DNA of 64,000 bases from assembly GCA_051530055.1 (NCBI GenBank), contig CM121341.1, positions 3,755,761 to 3,819,760 of the forward strand, read 5' to 3'. Under the pieces are notes generated by a model. That model did no database searches, had not been told where the DNA came from, and worked only from the letters and a program-made list of their open reading frames with translations. Origin of the DNA: Neoechinorhynchus agilis (Eukaryota > Animalia > Acanthocephala). The translations under genes and the position numbers were made by a program. Numbering within the stretch: position 1 is the stretch's first letter; each line of letters begins with the position of its first letter. This document shows, one piece after another, positions 46,753 through 60,421 of the stretch.

Positions 46753-48288
46753 AGCTACATTTAATTGCCTTCCAATAAATCGCAAGGAACGGCTTTCGTA
46801 GGAGTCTGCGAAATACTAACGAGGGTCCATCTTTTACAAGACCAACAGAATGGAATTGGAAAATAACACTAAGAATAGACTCCATATTAGCAGATTTTGA
46901 CCAGATTAAAAGCTGGATGATTATCCCAACGGTTATTACATTTAGAATTTACTTTTTGATCACAACAAAAATTTCGTGTTCTCCTCAATAGTCGCCTTGC
47001 ATTCAAAGGAAAAATTCCAAAAATGTGAACATCTCTCTTAAATGTTAAAAAAGGTAATCAAATGTCCATTCTGAAATCATTGGGAAACGGTTCCATGTGA
47101 TTAATCACTCAAGGATTCAACTACATGAACTGTCGCCTAAAAGCGAATCGCAATTTGCTTCGAAAACTTAATTAAACTTTAACTATACGGATAATGAGCA
47201 ACTCGAAACGTTATAACTAGCAACGCCAAAATATTTTACTTTCACCAGTCAAGAATATTTTTTTCGATGCTTATCAAACGGCAAAAGCTTAACAAAAAAT
47301 TAATACAAAATTCATCATGCAACTCATTAACAGGTTAATGATCGATTTTAATATCTGACTCGATTGCGGCAAATCTCAAAAATCGAAAAAAAATCATTTT
47401 TGTTGATGGGCACAAAGTTGAAGAGCAATACGTGAGATTGAACAACAAGAACGCCTCCCTGAACAATGAAATGAAGTCTTAAGATGAATTTAAAGCGTGA
47501 AAGCATTCTTGATTTCACTTTATAGTGATTTTATGCAGTGATGAATGTTAAGAAAGAATAAATGCGAGTTCTTCATTGACGATAGGACGAAAAACGTTGA
47601 TGAATCGATTCGCTTTGGTTTGGTTTTAGCTCCAGGGCTTAGAATAAATTATTGTGAGGGAAGCGGTGATGGGTAAAAAGATCAATAGCGATCGTAAGAC
47701 GACTGTTTAATGATCATAAACGAGCTTTATTCTGGTGAATGATATAATATTCGAACTTGCATTTTAGAATTCGTTTCAGTCCTCCCGAGTGTGCTTCGTG
47801 GTCTCTTTTCAACTCCATCAAATTTTTAATTTCTTTATACTTTAATCAAGTACTCAAATCAACTAGGAATCGTAGTCATTTCTAACGCTTTGAAAATACA
47901 CCACAAAGTCGCTGGTTGTCAAATTTAAAATTCCAAACCTCCTTCGGCACGATTATCAACATTTAGAGCAGAATTTTTCAACGGTTTACAGTGTTCGAAG
48001 CTTCTACTCTATAGCAAAAAAAATTAAGTCGATAATTTTGAGGTCACTGTTTCTCATCGAAATTTATTTCCCATTATCAATATAATTTTTTGGCCTTTAA
48101 AGCGAGTAAAAAATTTTGTGATCTAACGAAAACTTTGAAAAAAGTCGATAAAATATTAGAATATTTGGAACGTTTTCATTCGTTTACAAATTGATATCTA
48201 CACAAAATTTGATTTTTTTTGAGCATAGAGCGCTCTATAAACTGAGTCTTATTATGTTCCTCTTCCTTCTTGCAAGATCGAAAATTCG

Positions 48289-50260
48289 ATGCTCATATTT
48301 CGATGTGTTCGATCACTCCGATCTTTATATTTGCGAATTTCCAGTTACAAACGAAATCACTACTGCGGCGATCTCATTGACTGTCTCGGAAAAGAGGTCA
48401 TTTTATGTGGTTGGCTCAATTACCACCGTCTTAACCGATTTGGTGTTATCGGTGATCACACGGGATCTGTTCAATTTTACGTCGATCCAATTGGGACCAT
48501 AGGAGCCGCCGATTTCAATAGTGTTCGGCTTCAATCTTGCATTTGTATAAAAGGAAATGTGACTAAGAGACCTTCTCCTGACCAAAATCTGAAACAAGGC
48601 AATCAGGGTCTTTTAGAGGTACGTGCGAGTGAGTTTAAAGTACTTAATGTTTGCCGACAAAGTCTTCCTTTTAATCCAGCCTGTAGTATGGATTTAAATG
48701 AACGGATTAAACAAAAATTTCGTCTGCTTGACTTTAGATCACAAGACGTACAACGGAATCTCAGACTTCGATCGGAGTTTGTAAGACGAATACGGGACTT
48801 CTTTTATTCTAAACACTTTGTAGAAATTGAAACGCCTATTCTTACATCGATTTCAGAGACTGGAGCTAATGAATTCGTAAGTAGACCGTCCTCAAACACT
48901 GGAATGGAATATGCCCTCGCTCAAAGTCCTCAGATCTATAAACAAATGCTCATGATTGGCGGAATTGATCGTTATTTCCAAATAGCTAAGTGTTTCCGAG
49001 ATGAGCTCATCAGTTCCGTTCGACAACCCGAATTCACTCAAGTCGACTATGAGATGGCATTCTGTGATCAAAATGACATTATGATGATTGCTGAAGAATG
49101 CCTTCAATCGTCCATACCTTTTGTATGCTCTAAGAAAATTCAATTCCAATCAATGACTTACGATGACGCTATTCGAAGATACGGAACTGATAATCTAACC
49201 ATTATTCTTATTATGAGTGCACATAATGAGAATATGGATAGAGGAAACCCGATTGTCGATATCAAAAGTCATCATCAACTCAAAAAGGTAAAATGGACTT
49301 GCATGGATATAAAACGAACAATGTAATCAATCGGAAAAACAATGTAAAGTGTAAAGACGATGCGTTCGGGACTGAACTCTGCGAAGAAAGTGGTCGAATC
49401 CACGGTTTGGATGATAGTAATGAAGAACTTCAATTTACGTGGATTACTAATATGGACGTGCTTTTGTATATTTAGCAGAGGGGGTTTCTTCAATTCCCAA
49501 TATTTTAATGAAAAACCTTTTCATTACCTACACTAAAAATACTCATTGCATTCTCAAAGCGTAATGCCAGAATGCATCCCTTCTCTCGATCGCTCCACTG
49601 ATTCATATTTATCGTTTAATTCTATCCAATTGTTCCTTCGAGTTGATGTGTATTCTCAATGACGAATTGTTACACACCCGAGCTTTATTATTGAAATCTT
49701 AATTGCGAATTTTCAAGGTATCAACCTCCTTCTCAAGCATTGCTTTCGTGTCGTCTAATTGTTGCATTCTAGTAGTATTCCAGTTTTTCTGGCACATTAA
49801 AAATGTTTCGAGATTGAACATTTCTTCGATATAAAGAGATTTTCACTTCTAAATGTCTTTTTATTCAAATGCACCGATTATGCCGCTATTTGAACGGTCA
49901 GAAAATGGAGAAATAAGATCAGCACATCATCCTTTCACGCTTCCTGAAAATCTTGATCACAAAGACCCCCTTGAAATTCGGTCTTATGCGTTCGATCTCG
50001 TACTAAACGGCGTCGAAATCGCTTCTGGATCTATGCGAATTCACGATGCCAACCTACAACGACATATTTTTACAAAATACTTGAATATAAATTCATCGAA
50101 ATTCGATCATCTACTACGTGCTTTGGATTACGGTGCGCCCCCTCATGGCGGAATTGCTTTTGGACTTGATAGACTGATGCAGCTTTTGGTAGGAGAAGAG
50201 TCCATGAGAAGTGCGATTGCCTTTAGTAAAAGCAGTGGTGGAAACGAACACTTTTGTTGA
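48289..50260 (+). CDS. DARS2: Mitochondrial aspartyl-tRNA synthetase, interrupted; may be a pseudogene
   Basis: Arg-rich presequence, RNHYCGDL, FVEIETPIL, QSPQIYKQMLMIGGIDRYFQIAKCFRDE, RQPEFTQVD, SAHHPFT, GAPPHGGIAFGLDRL. Likely intron 49288-49349; 428-bp interruption 49455-49882. Confidence 0.85.
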
Positions 50261-50899
50261 ATTTGCATGCGTTATGAAATAAACCGGTGCGAAAATTAAG
50301 GTCTAGATTATACGTTCGAGCATTCTACTGCGATTAGTTGACGAAAATTAACAACAAGAATATTGCATAAAACGCTTTTTTACCCTTGAGTTCGAAAACT
50401 AAAAATGTCGATGTTTTCGGCGATTCGTTTTTTTCGTAAGATGCTAGATTCCTGTTAATTCGTTAATTTCTCAAGCCTTATAAGGGAGAAGTCTCTTAGC
50501 TCTCCAGCCCAGGTAAGAGGCAACGAGTCTAGATGTTTCGAAAAGGCGCTAATGAACTGTGGTTTCTGTTATGGAGGGCAACCTCGGGAAAAAACCAGGC
50601 TAGATATTGCCCGAGTAGCAAATAGATTAACATTAAAAGTATGTCGGGTTTAGATTAAGGTTAACAATTTTGGCAAAAAAAGTTTTAAGGTCTTTGCGAA
50701 GACGACTAGACTGTCCCTTGTACTGTCCTTTGTATGCAGCGGTACTTTCCTACGTTGCACCGTAGGTGTAAGCCCGTCAAATAGAATTAGACTCCGCAAG
50801 GGATCTAAAATAAACGACAGCAGTCCTGTTATGCGGGCAATTCGCGTCTCTTAAAATCATGTCATCGTATGTACGACAGTTCCCTTTGCCTTTACGATA

Positions 50900-53700
50900 C
50901 AACGTCGTTGGCTTTCAGAAAAGGAACTGTTGCACGACCTGTGGGCAAGATGTCTCGGACCGAATTATAGTGCCCGTGAACTGCAGTCGTCTGCGGCGCA
51001 AATATTCACTGGGCGGTTGGACTCCGGCTCTCTTATACAGTGCTTTGTTGGTCACTTTATCTTACCATCTGACCTTGAACGCCGCACGTAAGAGAGATGA
51101 ATGATTTTGGTCCAACTGCCTCGTCGCCGTTGGCGACAGTGTCCAGGTCTCTTCATTGTAGTAGGGAATGCTCTCAATTAGAGTCCAGAACAGCTGCGAA
51201 CGGAGTTCATCTGGCAAAGACTCACTGTCAAACAGTGGTTTAAGTTGCCTCATTGCTCTCCAAACTATAACTCTCCGTCGGCTGACATCCGCACTCACCT
51301 CAGGAATGACAGCCCCCCAGATAGACAAACCGCTCTATCTGTTTTAATTGCCCAACGCCATTCGGCCCTTTGCCAGAGACTGTATGCGCGACATGCGGAA
51401 TCGTCAAGAATTCCATCTTTTTCGAGTTGATGGTCAGACCAATCATACTCGCCCTCTCGCACAGTCTATTTAGCATGCGTTGAGCTCCTCCGACTGTTGA
51501 GGACATCAATACGATGTCGTCGGCATATGCCATGTAGGAGGCGCGTATCTCAGGATACCTGCGACCTCTTTTCCTCTCAGAAGAAATCCATCTTCATCAT
51601 TCGGAAGTGCCCATCTCATTACCCAATCAAGCACCAAGATGAAGAGGAAAAGCGCCAATGTGCCGGCCTGCAAAACACCTGAAGTGGTGGAAAAATATTC
51701 TGTCAAACCGTCAGCTGTCTTGACGGCGGACCTTGTGTTATTATATAATGCCATAACGGACGTGACAATGATTGGCGGCACTCCATACTCATTTAAGATA
51801 CCGCCAATCATCGTTCGATTTACCGAATCGAAAGCTCGACGGAAATCAACAAATACCAGCGTCACATCCGTTTGATGAATTCGTGTCCCCTCGAGGATCC
51901 TCCTCAAAGCCAATATGTGCTCTGTGGTGCCTCGACCTTTCCTGAAGCCGTTCTGTTCAATTCTTAGAAACGGTTCGAGGATTGGCTGAATTCGGCGTCT
52001 CAAAATGCTGCTGAAAGGTTTTGCCGTGTTGGACATCAACGATATACCTCTGTAGTCCTCCACCTTTGTCGAGCAGCATTTCCTAGGGATCATTGTTAAA
52101 TGCGCCGTTTGCCAGATTTGAGGTACTCAGCCACCATTCATTATGCCATTTATTATCGGTATGATTTTTCTGGCAATAGATTCAAACCTCAGTACCTCTG
52201 CCATTATCCCATCTGGGCCTGATGCACAGCGATCGCTTCCTTCACGGAAATCGGTCCAGTGAAGTATGCCTCAGTGCTTGGGACGATTGTGCCTTTTGGA
52301 AGTGCAGGACTCACTTCCAAAGACGATAATGGCGAATTGAGAATTCCCGCAAAATATTTTACAATACTCTTTTTTCTGATTTCCGGGGAGGGACCTTCAA
52401 TCAAAGTTGGTTGTCTTTGGGATCTTCCTGTGAGTGTTTATCGCTCTCCACGCTAAGGAGGTACGAACAAAACCTTCCTTATATGCGATCCCGCGAACTG
52501 CATCCTCCATCGAAGCCTTTTGCTTTTCATTATAGAGGTTGGCAAGTTCAAGACTTGCAATGCGAGCCTCAGATCGTTTTCCTCTTTCTCTTAGAGTTTT
52601 GATCTGCTCAGCCATTGCCATAAATTCACAGTCCTCATGCCATATAACCTTTGCAGCTTTTATACGCCTCATTTTTGGGAGGGTTTTCTCGGCCTCTTCG
52701 GTCATTGTGTCACAGATTGACTTGTAACAAAAATCAATATCCGTTTCAGCAGCTGGCATCGAACTCAGTTGATTCTCTAGTTCGATATCAAACTCTTTCC
52801 TCTCCTTTTCATTAGCGAGGGCGCCAAAGAACGGACGTCGAGGATGCTGAGGCGTACGGAACAACGAGTCACTCATGACCAACTGACACATCACCAACTT
52901 GTGGGCGGTTGACAGCCCATAAACTGTGAATGTGTCAGCGTTTTTGACCCGATATTTTTCCCAACGTCTCAACAATATATGGTCAAGCTGAGCTAAGCGT
53001 CTCTTGGAATTTTTTCCCATGGCATGTTTGGACGGATTCTTTTGACCTATAAACGTCGCCAAACACCACGGACGCTTCCGGAATAAAATGTTAGCAGACA
53101 CGAGATCATGCCGCTCCAGCGCCTCAACCAAGTACCGGCTGTTACGATTATGGCCTTTCAACACATATAGCGATCTTTCGGAATGCGGTAAAATCGCGTT
53201 GAAGTCAACAGCTATTAGGAGGGTGTCTCTGTTCGGTACATCATCTAATGCTTCGGCTAGAATTCCATAAAATCCTTCAACTGCCTCTTCATCCGACGAG
53301 GAGGTCGGTGAATATACTCCATAAGCATAGAGATTTCTCGACCGAAGTTTTATGCTGACACGAAGGATTCGGTCAGCTATAATACTGCATAGTGCTGAGT
53401 TTCGGAGGCGGGGTGATAAACAAACGCCTACACCTCCATTTCCTCGACTGTCCGAAGATAGGCAAGATAATGACCAGCCTCCTCCTAAATCCTCCTGATT
53501 TACGTCTATGTCTGACTGGCCTCTTCGGCGCAATTCTTGTAAAAACACAAGATCCATTCTGGCGTCCCTTGCCAATTTGGCCAGGGTTCCCTTACGCCAT
53601 TGCGCTCACAGACTACTGCAATTCAAGGATCCGATTCGTAGTCCTCTTCTATTTGAAATAGCTGCGCCAAAGGGCTCACGGCTGTCAGCGCAACCTCAAC
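50900..53700 (-). mobile_element. Near full-length but frameshifted RTE-clade-like LINE (APE endonuclease and RT)
   Basis: LVFLQELRRRG, GGVGVCL, YGVYSPT, VDFNA, LDHIL; YRGISLM, EQNGFRKGRGT, FVDFRRAFDSV, YADDIVL. Confidence 0.9.
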
Positions 53701-54274
53701 AGTCCGTACCTACCACGGTGATGAGCTTCGATTGACGCTTTCGCTGTCTCCGGCGACAGTTTCGCTCATTTCGACGCACAAGTCGTCGGCGAGAGCCACG
53801 ACGCCCTCGCTTTTTCCCGTTGCACTGGCGGATTATGTTGCTCCCGTTCGCTGCCGCATCACCAAGTGGAGCGACACACCGACCCCGCGTTGACAGGCTA
53901 CTATCAGTAGCTGTCTGGCCGCCGGAGCTGCTTCTTTTACGTGACCGACAAAAATCAGTAACATCAAGTCCGATCATCGTGAAAGAAAATTTTGTTTTCT
54001 ATAAGTTCACAGAAAGGTTCATTTTTGTAAAGATGGAGTTGAGGTAGTCTAAGGATTGCCTTATAAACTTTTTGATTTTCTCTATGAGCGGCGAAGACAA
54101 ATGTGATCTCATCTGCATAGCAAGGGGCCATTAAATACAAGATAGGGGATTGCGGCAAACCTTGCAGCACGCCTGATAATAAAGGGTCTGTGAGGTGTCG
54201 TCGTCCAAAAAGAACGATTTCATGAATAAAATATTGTTGATTCTAGAGATGATGTTATGAGGAACACTAAAAAA

Positions 54275-55140
54275 TTAAAGAATTTTAATTATAAAATGAA
54301 ATATCGTCGAAAGCACGAGATCAGTCCGCGGCGAAGATAGCACGGATGGGTGAATTGGAATCATTAAAACTGGAGTGAATGTCGACAGGGGCTGTGTGAA
54401 CTGATTTACCCTTCTGAAAACACTGGCAATTGGCCCAAATGCAATCTCTGATTCCCCGTCTATAATCCATTTGGGATATCCCCTCATTTTCAGCTCCTGT
54501 ACTATCCTCTCCTTACTCCATGCAAATCGAGTAGAGGAAACAAGAAAAGCTCTTCGGAAATAGGACATGACAGCCGAGATTCTATGCCTCATCGGTTTTT
54601 GAGATGACCAATGTGGTGATCCCCATGCTAGATTCTCCTTACGATAAAGTGACGTGCTAACTTTGCCCTGTGCAGACCGCTTGACAAGGACGTCTAGGAA
54701 CGAGACCTCACCGTTGATGTTCTCTTCATTAACTGTTGACTGTATGTGTGGATCTCGACTGTTAAGTTCACCATTTATTGAATCTCTGTTATTGTTTGAA
54801 TCAGTCAGAATGAATACATCTTCAACATAAAGCCGCCACCGATTTACATGGCTCATTGCCGCATGTAGATGTCGGAGCTAATGGCGATCCCATGGCTACA
54901 CCATCTTTTTAATCGTAGAAAGACCCTCAAATTCAAAGGCAGTCTTGCTCGTGCACCATTAAATTAGGGACTGTCACGTGCCAAGGTCCAAACGTGGTTT
55001 TAAGTGGGTAAATTTTTTTATCAAAGAATGACTTTAGTTGAAATATTTCGTCCAATCACACTGGACTTCTTCAGTCAATTATCTAAAAAGGAATTTGACA
55101 ACCTCAATGTCTTATCAGGAGGTATCCTCAACTTTATGGA
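54275..55140 (-). mobile_element. Degenerate Penelope-like reverse transcriptase
   Basis: DGVAMGSPLAP, WRLYVEDVF, EENINGEVSFLDVLVKR...STSLYRKE, HRISAV. Confidence 0.8.
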
Positions 55141-55414
55141 ATAATCTGTCTTGTTTCCCTCGAAGATTACATAAACGAAAGTTTTAGGCCCTTTAATGCT
55201 CATTACATGCGAATGAAGTTTTACTTTATGAAATGTTAGAATTTAATCCAAGTTCTCAATTTGATAAGAGAAAATATTTAAAGACAAGATAAAGAATATC
55301 TTGTCAAATGGAAAAACGTATGTATTTAACTCAAAAAAGAAATTGATAACAAGTTAGGTAAATAACTAATGATAAATAAATTTATGGTTCTAATAAATAT
55401 TATAAGCTTCTAAG

Positions 55415-56671
55415 TTATATGAGAGATATAGCAAACCGGAGAAGAATATATTCATCCGGATTTGGAATGTGTGTCCTAGCCCAGGAGGCGAACTGACGAT
55501 AAGGCGAATGGAGCAGTAAGCATCCATTAAACTCTGAATCGCGACCGTCAAGGAGAAAAAGTGATATGGGCTTTGGTGGCCGCCACTTAGGATGAATGTG
55601 CTCAAGTCCCGGAGGTGGTCTCAAAGCTAATTCTGTGGATGGTCTGTTAGATATCGATTGAATTTCTACGTTTGAAATACGCTCAAATCCGGGCGGTGGT
55701 TCCAAAATTAATTCTAAGGTTGGCCTGTTAAGCGTTCCTCGCGTACCTCCGGCAAAAATACACTCAAAACCAGGAGGTGGTTCCAAAATCCAATTTGTGA
55801 ACTGTCCGTTAAGCGCTACTTCCATTTTTCTATTTGGAATACCTTCAAATCTGATAGGTGGTTCCAAAACTAATTCTGTGGTTGACCTGTTAAATATCGA
55901 TTGCATTTCTCCGTTTAAAATACGCTCAAATCCGGGAGGTGGTCTCAAAACTAATTCTGTGGATGGCCTGTTAGATATCGATTGCATTTCTCCGTTTAAA
56001 ATACGATCAAATCCGGGAGGTGGTCTCAAAACTAATTTTGTGGATGGCCTGTTAGATATCGATTGCATTTCTCCGTTTGAAATACGCTCAAATCCGGGAG
56101 GTGGTCTCAAAACTAATTCTGTGGATGGCCTGTTAGATATCGATTGCATTTCTCCGTTTAAAATACGCTCATATCCGGGAGGTGGTCTCAAAACTAAGTC
56201 TGTGGACGATCTGTTAGATATCGATTGCATTTCTCCGTTTGAAATACGCTCAAATCCGGGAGGTGGTTCCAAAATTATTTTTGAGGTTGACCTGTTAAGC
56301 GTTCCTCGCGTTTCTCCGGTAAAAATACGCTCAAAACCCGGAGGTGCTTCCAAAATCATTTTTGTGGACTGTCCGTTTAGCGCTATTTCCATTTCTCTGT
56401 TTGAAATACGCTTAAATCCGGGAGGTGCTCTTAAAACTAATTCTGTGGACGGTCTGTTGGATATCGATTGCATTTCTCCGTTTGAAATACGCTCAAATCC
56501 GGGAGGTGGTCTTAAAAGTAATTCTGTGGTTGACCTGTTAAAAATCGGTTGCATTTCTCCGTTTGAAATACTTTCAAATCCAGGAAGTGGTTCTTGCGCT
56601 GATGTTTCAATTGGTTCTCTGTTTATCGATAAGCTTGGCAAATCTTCTGTGTTTTGAATTTGTTCAGTTGG
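55415..56671 (-). CDS. Terminal exon of an unidentified gene with 13 copies of a 27-aa PPPGF-containing repeat
   Basis: 81-bp unit (e.g. 55931 to 56012), intact frame, TTTTTATAG acceptor at 56672-56680, probable upstream exon 56724-56846. Confidence 0.7.
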   Translation of the reverse strand, partial: PTEQIQNTEDLPSLSINREPIETSAQEPLPGFESISNGEMQPIFNRSTTELLLRPPPGFERISNGEMQSISNRPSTELVLRAPPGFKRISNREMEIALNGQSTKMILEAPPGFERIFTGETRGTLNRSTSKIILEPPPGFERISNGEMQSISNRSSTDLVLRPPPGYERILNGEMQSISNRPSTELVLRPPPGFERISNGEMQSISNRPSTKLVLRPPPGFDRILNGEMQSISNRPSTELVLRPPPGFERILNGEMQSIFNRSTTELVLEPPIRFEGIPNRKMEVALNGQFTNWILEPPPGFECIFAGGTRGTLNRPTLELILEPPPGFERISNVEIQSISNRPSTELALRPPPGLEHIHPKWRPPKPISLFLLDGRDSEFNGCLLLHSPYRQFASWARTHIPNPDEYILLRFAISLI

Positions 56672-59269
56672 CTATAAAAACGGATGAAAATGTCTGCAAA
56701 ATTATTCTAAAAGCGGTTCATACCTCTGGAAATATATTAGAATGATCGAAATGCTCAAATGGCGGACTTCTGGTTCGTTCAATAGCTTGGTGCATATTGC
56801 TGTTTCGATTGCTAAACGTTCGATCGGCAATTGGATGAGATGAGTGCTAGACATCGAATCGACTTGTTTATACCAATAATCTATATTTTGGACAAATAAT
56901 GACCATTTATTTCTCTGGGAAAGCAAAGAATAAATAAAACAAATGAAATGCTCGAAATTCAAGACTGCTGAAGGGTGTCTGACTTAATTGAACAGATTTA
57001 GAAATTTGCAACAGTCTTTTTACCAATCGAAATAGCACCGCTTTAAGTTAGAGTCACCTTCTCAATCAAATTTAAATTGTTCTATAATGTTCGATTTTTG
57101 GGAGCATCAAGATTTCTAGTGAATTTTAAAAGATCAACAATATTTTTAAAGATAAAGGATAAATTTAAAAAACATTTTTGGTTTATATTCATTCTCTTTG
57201 ACGCCTTAATGGTTCAACTTTGCAATCAAAGTTAGAAATGATCTTTTAAATAGAACTCAACAATAAAGTTGTTCCTTATGATGAAATATCTCTGATCAAA
57301 TGGATAAAAATTAAATAATATTCAGTTGGCAAAAATTTGTCAATAGACAAAAATGGCGAATTATCATACTTTTGCTCCAGGTTAACACTTCAAAAATTTA
57401 CTGATCGATAAATTAGATATTCTCCCAAGAGTGTAAGGCCACAGAATAAAGAGTTACGTTCTCTTAAGTTTTACGATGCGAATAAAATCGTTTTTAATTA
57501 GAGCAAAATATCGACTATTCGTAAGTCCAAATGAAAATCCTAACATAAGATCTGGCTCTCTTGTTACTTTCAAAAATTAGAAAATTAGTTTATTTGCTTA
57601 TTTCTTACTTTTTGAAGTGCTATGGGGCATTTGTAGCCGCATATTTCAGCAAGTTGAAGGACGCAATCAAAGTTAAAAAATCTTCAACTTCTTTTAATGA
57701 GCCTGATAAGAGGAAAGGAAGAGTGATGTTTCCGCCTTGCCAAATAAAAGAGGATACAAAAATCGAGAAACAATCAGGTTACAAGTTCTCACCAAAATGA
57801 AGGGATCTGATTTGCTATGAGTTTGAGATTAAGGCTGTGGAATGCAGGTGAACCCTTGGCAATTCCTCGCTATTTAAACGAAGTCTCTCACTCAGATATT
57901 ACTCTCTCCGATTTTTCGGTAAATATCATTACTACTTTAATTTAAACTGAAAAGATCTCAAAATACCGTACGTCAAATTTGATTGTTCGTTAATCTTGAT
58001 ATTCTATTCCAGATTTTGGCGAATCTCTCAATGCATTACTTTGTTGCTTGTTTTGTCTTCGTTAAAATCGCTGAATATATTTTGAACGTGAGCAACTAAT
58101 AAATCCCCTAATGCTTCCAATCGCCTCTTATGACTTTCATTAATATTCTTGGCTTGGCAACGAGTTTCATAAAAAACCTGTGGCATTAGTAAATATATCT
58201 AAACGATGACATTCAATTCACAAAATATTCTATGCATCGAACTTATTTCCATTGTGGGTACCAGACCTTTCGTTTGACCGACGACAAACTGCGCCGGGTA
58301 TTGAAGCAGCTTGAGGTCTTCGATTTACTTTTATCCATGCGAATTCCTTAACCTGAAGCAGTGGAATATGCCAAGGCTCATTTGCAGGACATTAGAATCC
58401 ACAACGAAGATACTCAATCGCGAGAGATTATTGAGGGAGAATAAGGAGCAATGTCCACGATACAGAGTGGTAATGCGAGCGAAAGATCGAAACGATTAAG
58501 GGAAGCCAGTTACAAGGATCAGAACCTTTCATAAATTGAGGCATGAATGTTAAATTAAAAAATAACAAGCCAAATTGAATGCAGAAATTAAAAAGTGCGA
58601 TTAAAGAAACATCGGACGCTTTCTATAAGAAATTGATCGAGGATTTTGGAAAAATGGGATATTTGGAGAAAAGATCCTAGAAGCTTTAATAAAAAATGTC
58701 ACCGTTAAAAAATCCGAAAAACGGGATAACGATTCTCAATCGACAAATAGGTTTAGAGCCGAATATCCCACCTATGAAGCGAATGACATTAAACAAAATT
58801 GCATTCATTGTTCTCAATATTTCGTCCGTCTCGTCGGTCCTCTTCAGGTTGCTTGTAAGGTTTACGCATTTTAAACGAAGTTTGCTGACGAAAAGAATGG
58901 AAACTACGAAAGAACACTCTCATTCGTTTATGAAGTAAGGTGACGTCACCGGGTCCGGGTCCTATTGTGAGTGTTTTAAACATGTTCATTAAGCATTTTT
59001 CGATGTTCAACTCGTTGCGTTTAACTAGATGACGAGTTCAGAAAACACGAGTAAAGTGGTTGGATGCATGACGATTGAGAATGCAGGATCGCGGGTCGCT
59101 GATTCAAATTTGAAAAATAGGAAAAGGATCTTTTTATTACTTCAATCTTCTAATCAATCAGAACTTGAACTACGATTGTGTCATGTGAAAAACGGTGCAA
59201 TCAATGGCGAATTCAGGGGATTCAGTAAGTCTTTTTATTTGATTTCAATGTCAATGAAAAAACCGTAAA

Positions 59270-60210
59270 GTTTCTAATTCGTCTATCGAAGAAACTGCTA
59301 CCATTTTGAACACTAGCGTTCAAAGCGTTCTGGACGACTGTAAACGAGCATTTAACGGAAATAGTGAATATGAAATCGATTTGACGGAATTGGACGAAAA
59401 ACGCATCAAGGTTTTCGAATCGATATATTTTAGGATCTGAAAAAAGCATTTCTAGGTTGAATGGAACAAGAACGCTTTGTCGGCTGCTTGTCAGCTCCAA
59501 TTGGGATCATGTGAGCTCTATGCGCTTACGAAGGTTATTTCCGGATGTTGATCCTTTTCTTTAATATTCGATTAGGACGAATCGATTGCTGACGTAATCG
59601 ATATATTGGTGAATGGATTAAGCGAGCTTTTTGAACGTGAGAATAAAAATCTGACAAGAACGCGGGCACTCGAAGAAGAGAATTTGGGTTTGTTAAAGGT
59701 CTGTTGGTATTTTTTTATTCTCGAAAAGCCGTTTTGATCCGCGAAACGTTTTGAATCTGAATTTCATTACATTCTTAATATTAAATATTCGTAATTTTTC
59801 AACTAAATACAAAAAAACATGAACAACTGAATCTTAAAAAACAATACCGATTAAAATTTTTGTATTTTAAAACAATAGCACTCATATACCGGAAGCGGTG
59901 AGATTTTCTCGGAGATGAAGGGTTATTTAAAAAATTATTTTCCATCCTTTCGACCGTAACACTAGGACGGCGGTGGTGTGAATGATTTCATGGCATTTAT
60001 AATAAGAAGTTGTTCAGAACTGATAAAACATTTTGAGCAAAAAAAAGGATATTCTAGGAAACAGACATATTTCTATTTAGAGACTTGATGAATTAGCCGA
60101 TGTGAAGGTAAAGACGGAAGATGAACTCTATGGAAAAGTACGACTCATTTCACGTTCCCTCCAGCATCATTTTGATTTAGTTTGCCACATTTCTTGAGAT
60201 GCTCAATTGT
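59270..60210 (+). CDS. Unidentified multi-exon gene (partial model)
   Basis: Phase-0 GT-AG introns at 59411-59455 and 59534-59575 join open frames (...LDEKRIK|VEWNKNALSAACQLQLGSCELYALTK|DESIADVIDILVNGLSELFE...). Confidence 0.45.
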
Positions 60211-60421
60211 AAGATATGTAAGCAAAATGAAAGTTTGCGAGTTCCGTTGTTTATTAGGCGATATTTAGTCGACGATGATGACAAAAAGGATTTGGTATTA
60301 TCGGACACTGATGTAAGATCATTGAATTTTTATGAGTCAATATGATTGTATTCGAATAGAAAACGACAAGAAAGCGACAGAAAAAGTGAGATGTGATTTT
60401 TCTTTGGGGAAAATAAATACG

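Noticed and set aside
53580-53940. HDV-like ribozyme expected at the 5' end of the RTE element
   Set aside because: I could not build the P1/P1.1/P2/P3 double pseudoknot by eye; needs a descriptor or covariance-model search.
55797-56657. 286-aa + strand repeat ORF
   Set aside because: Antisense shadow of the PPPGF repeat exon, which has the splice acceptor and the motif conservation.
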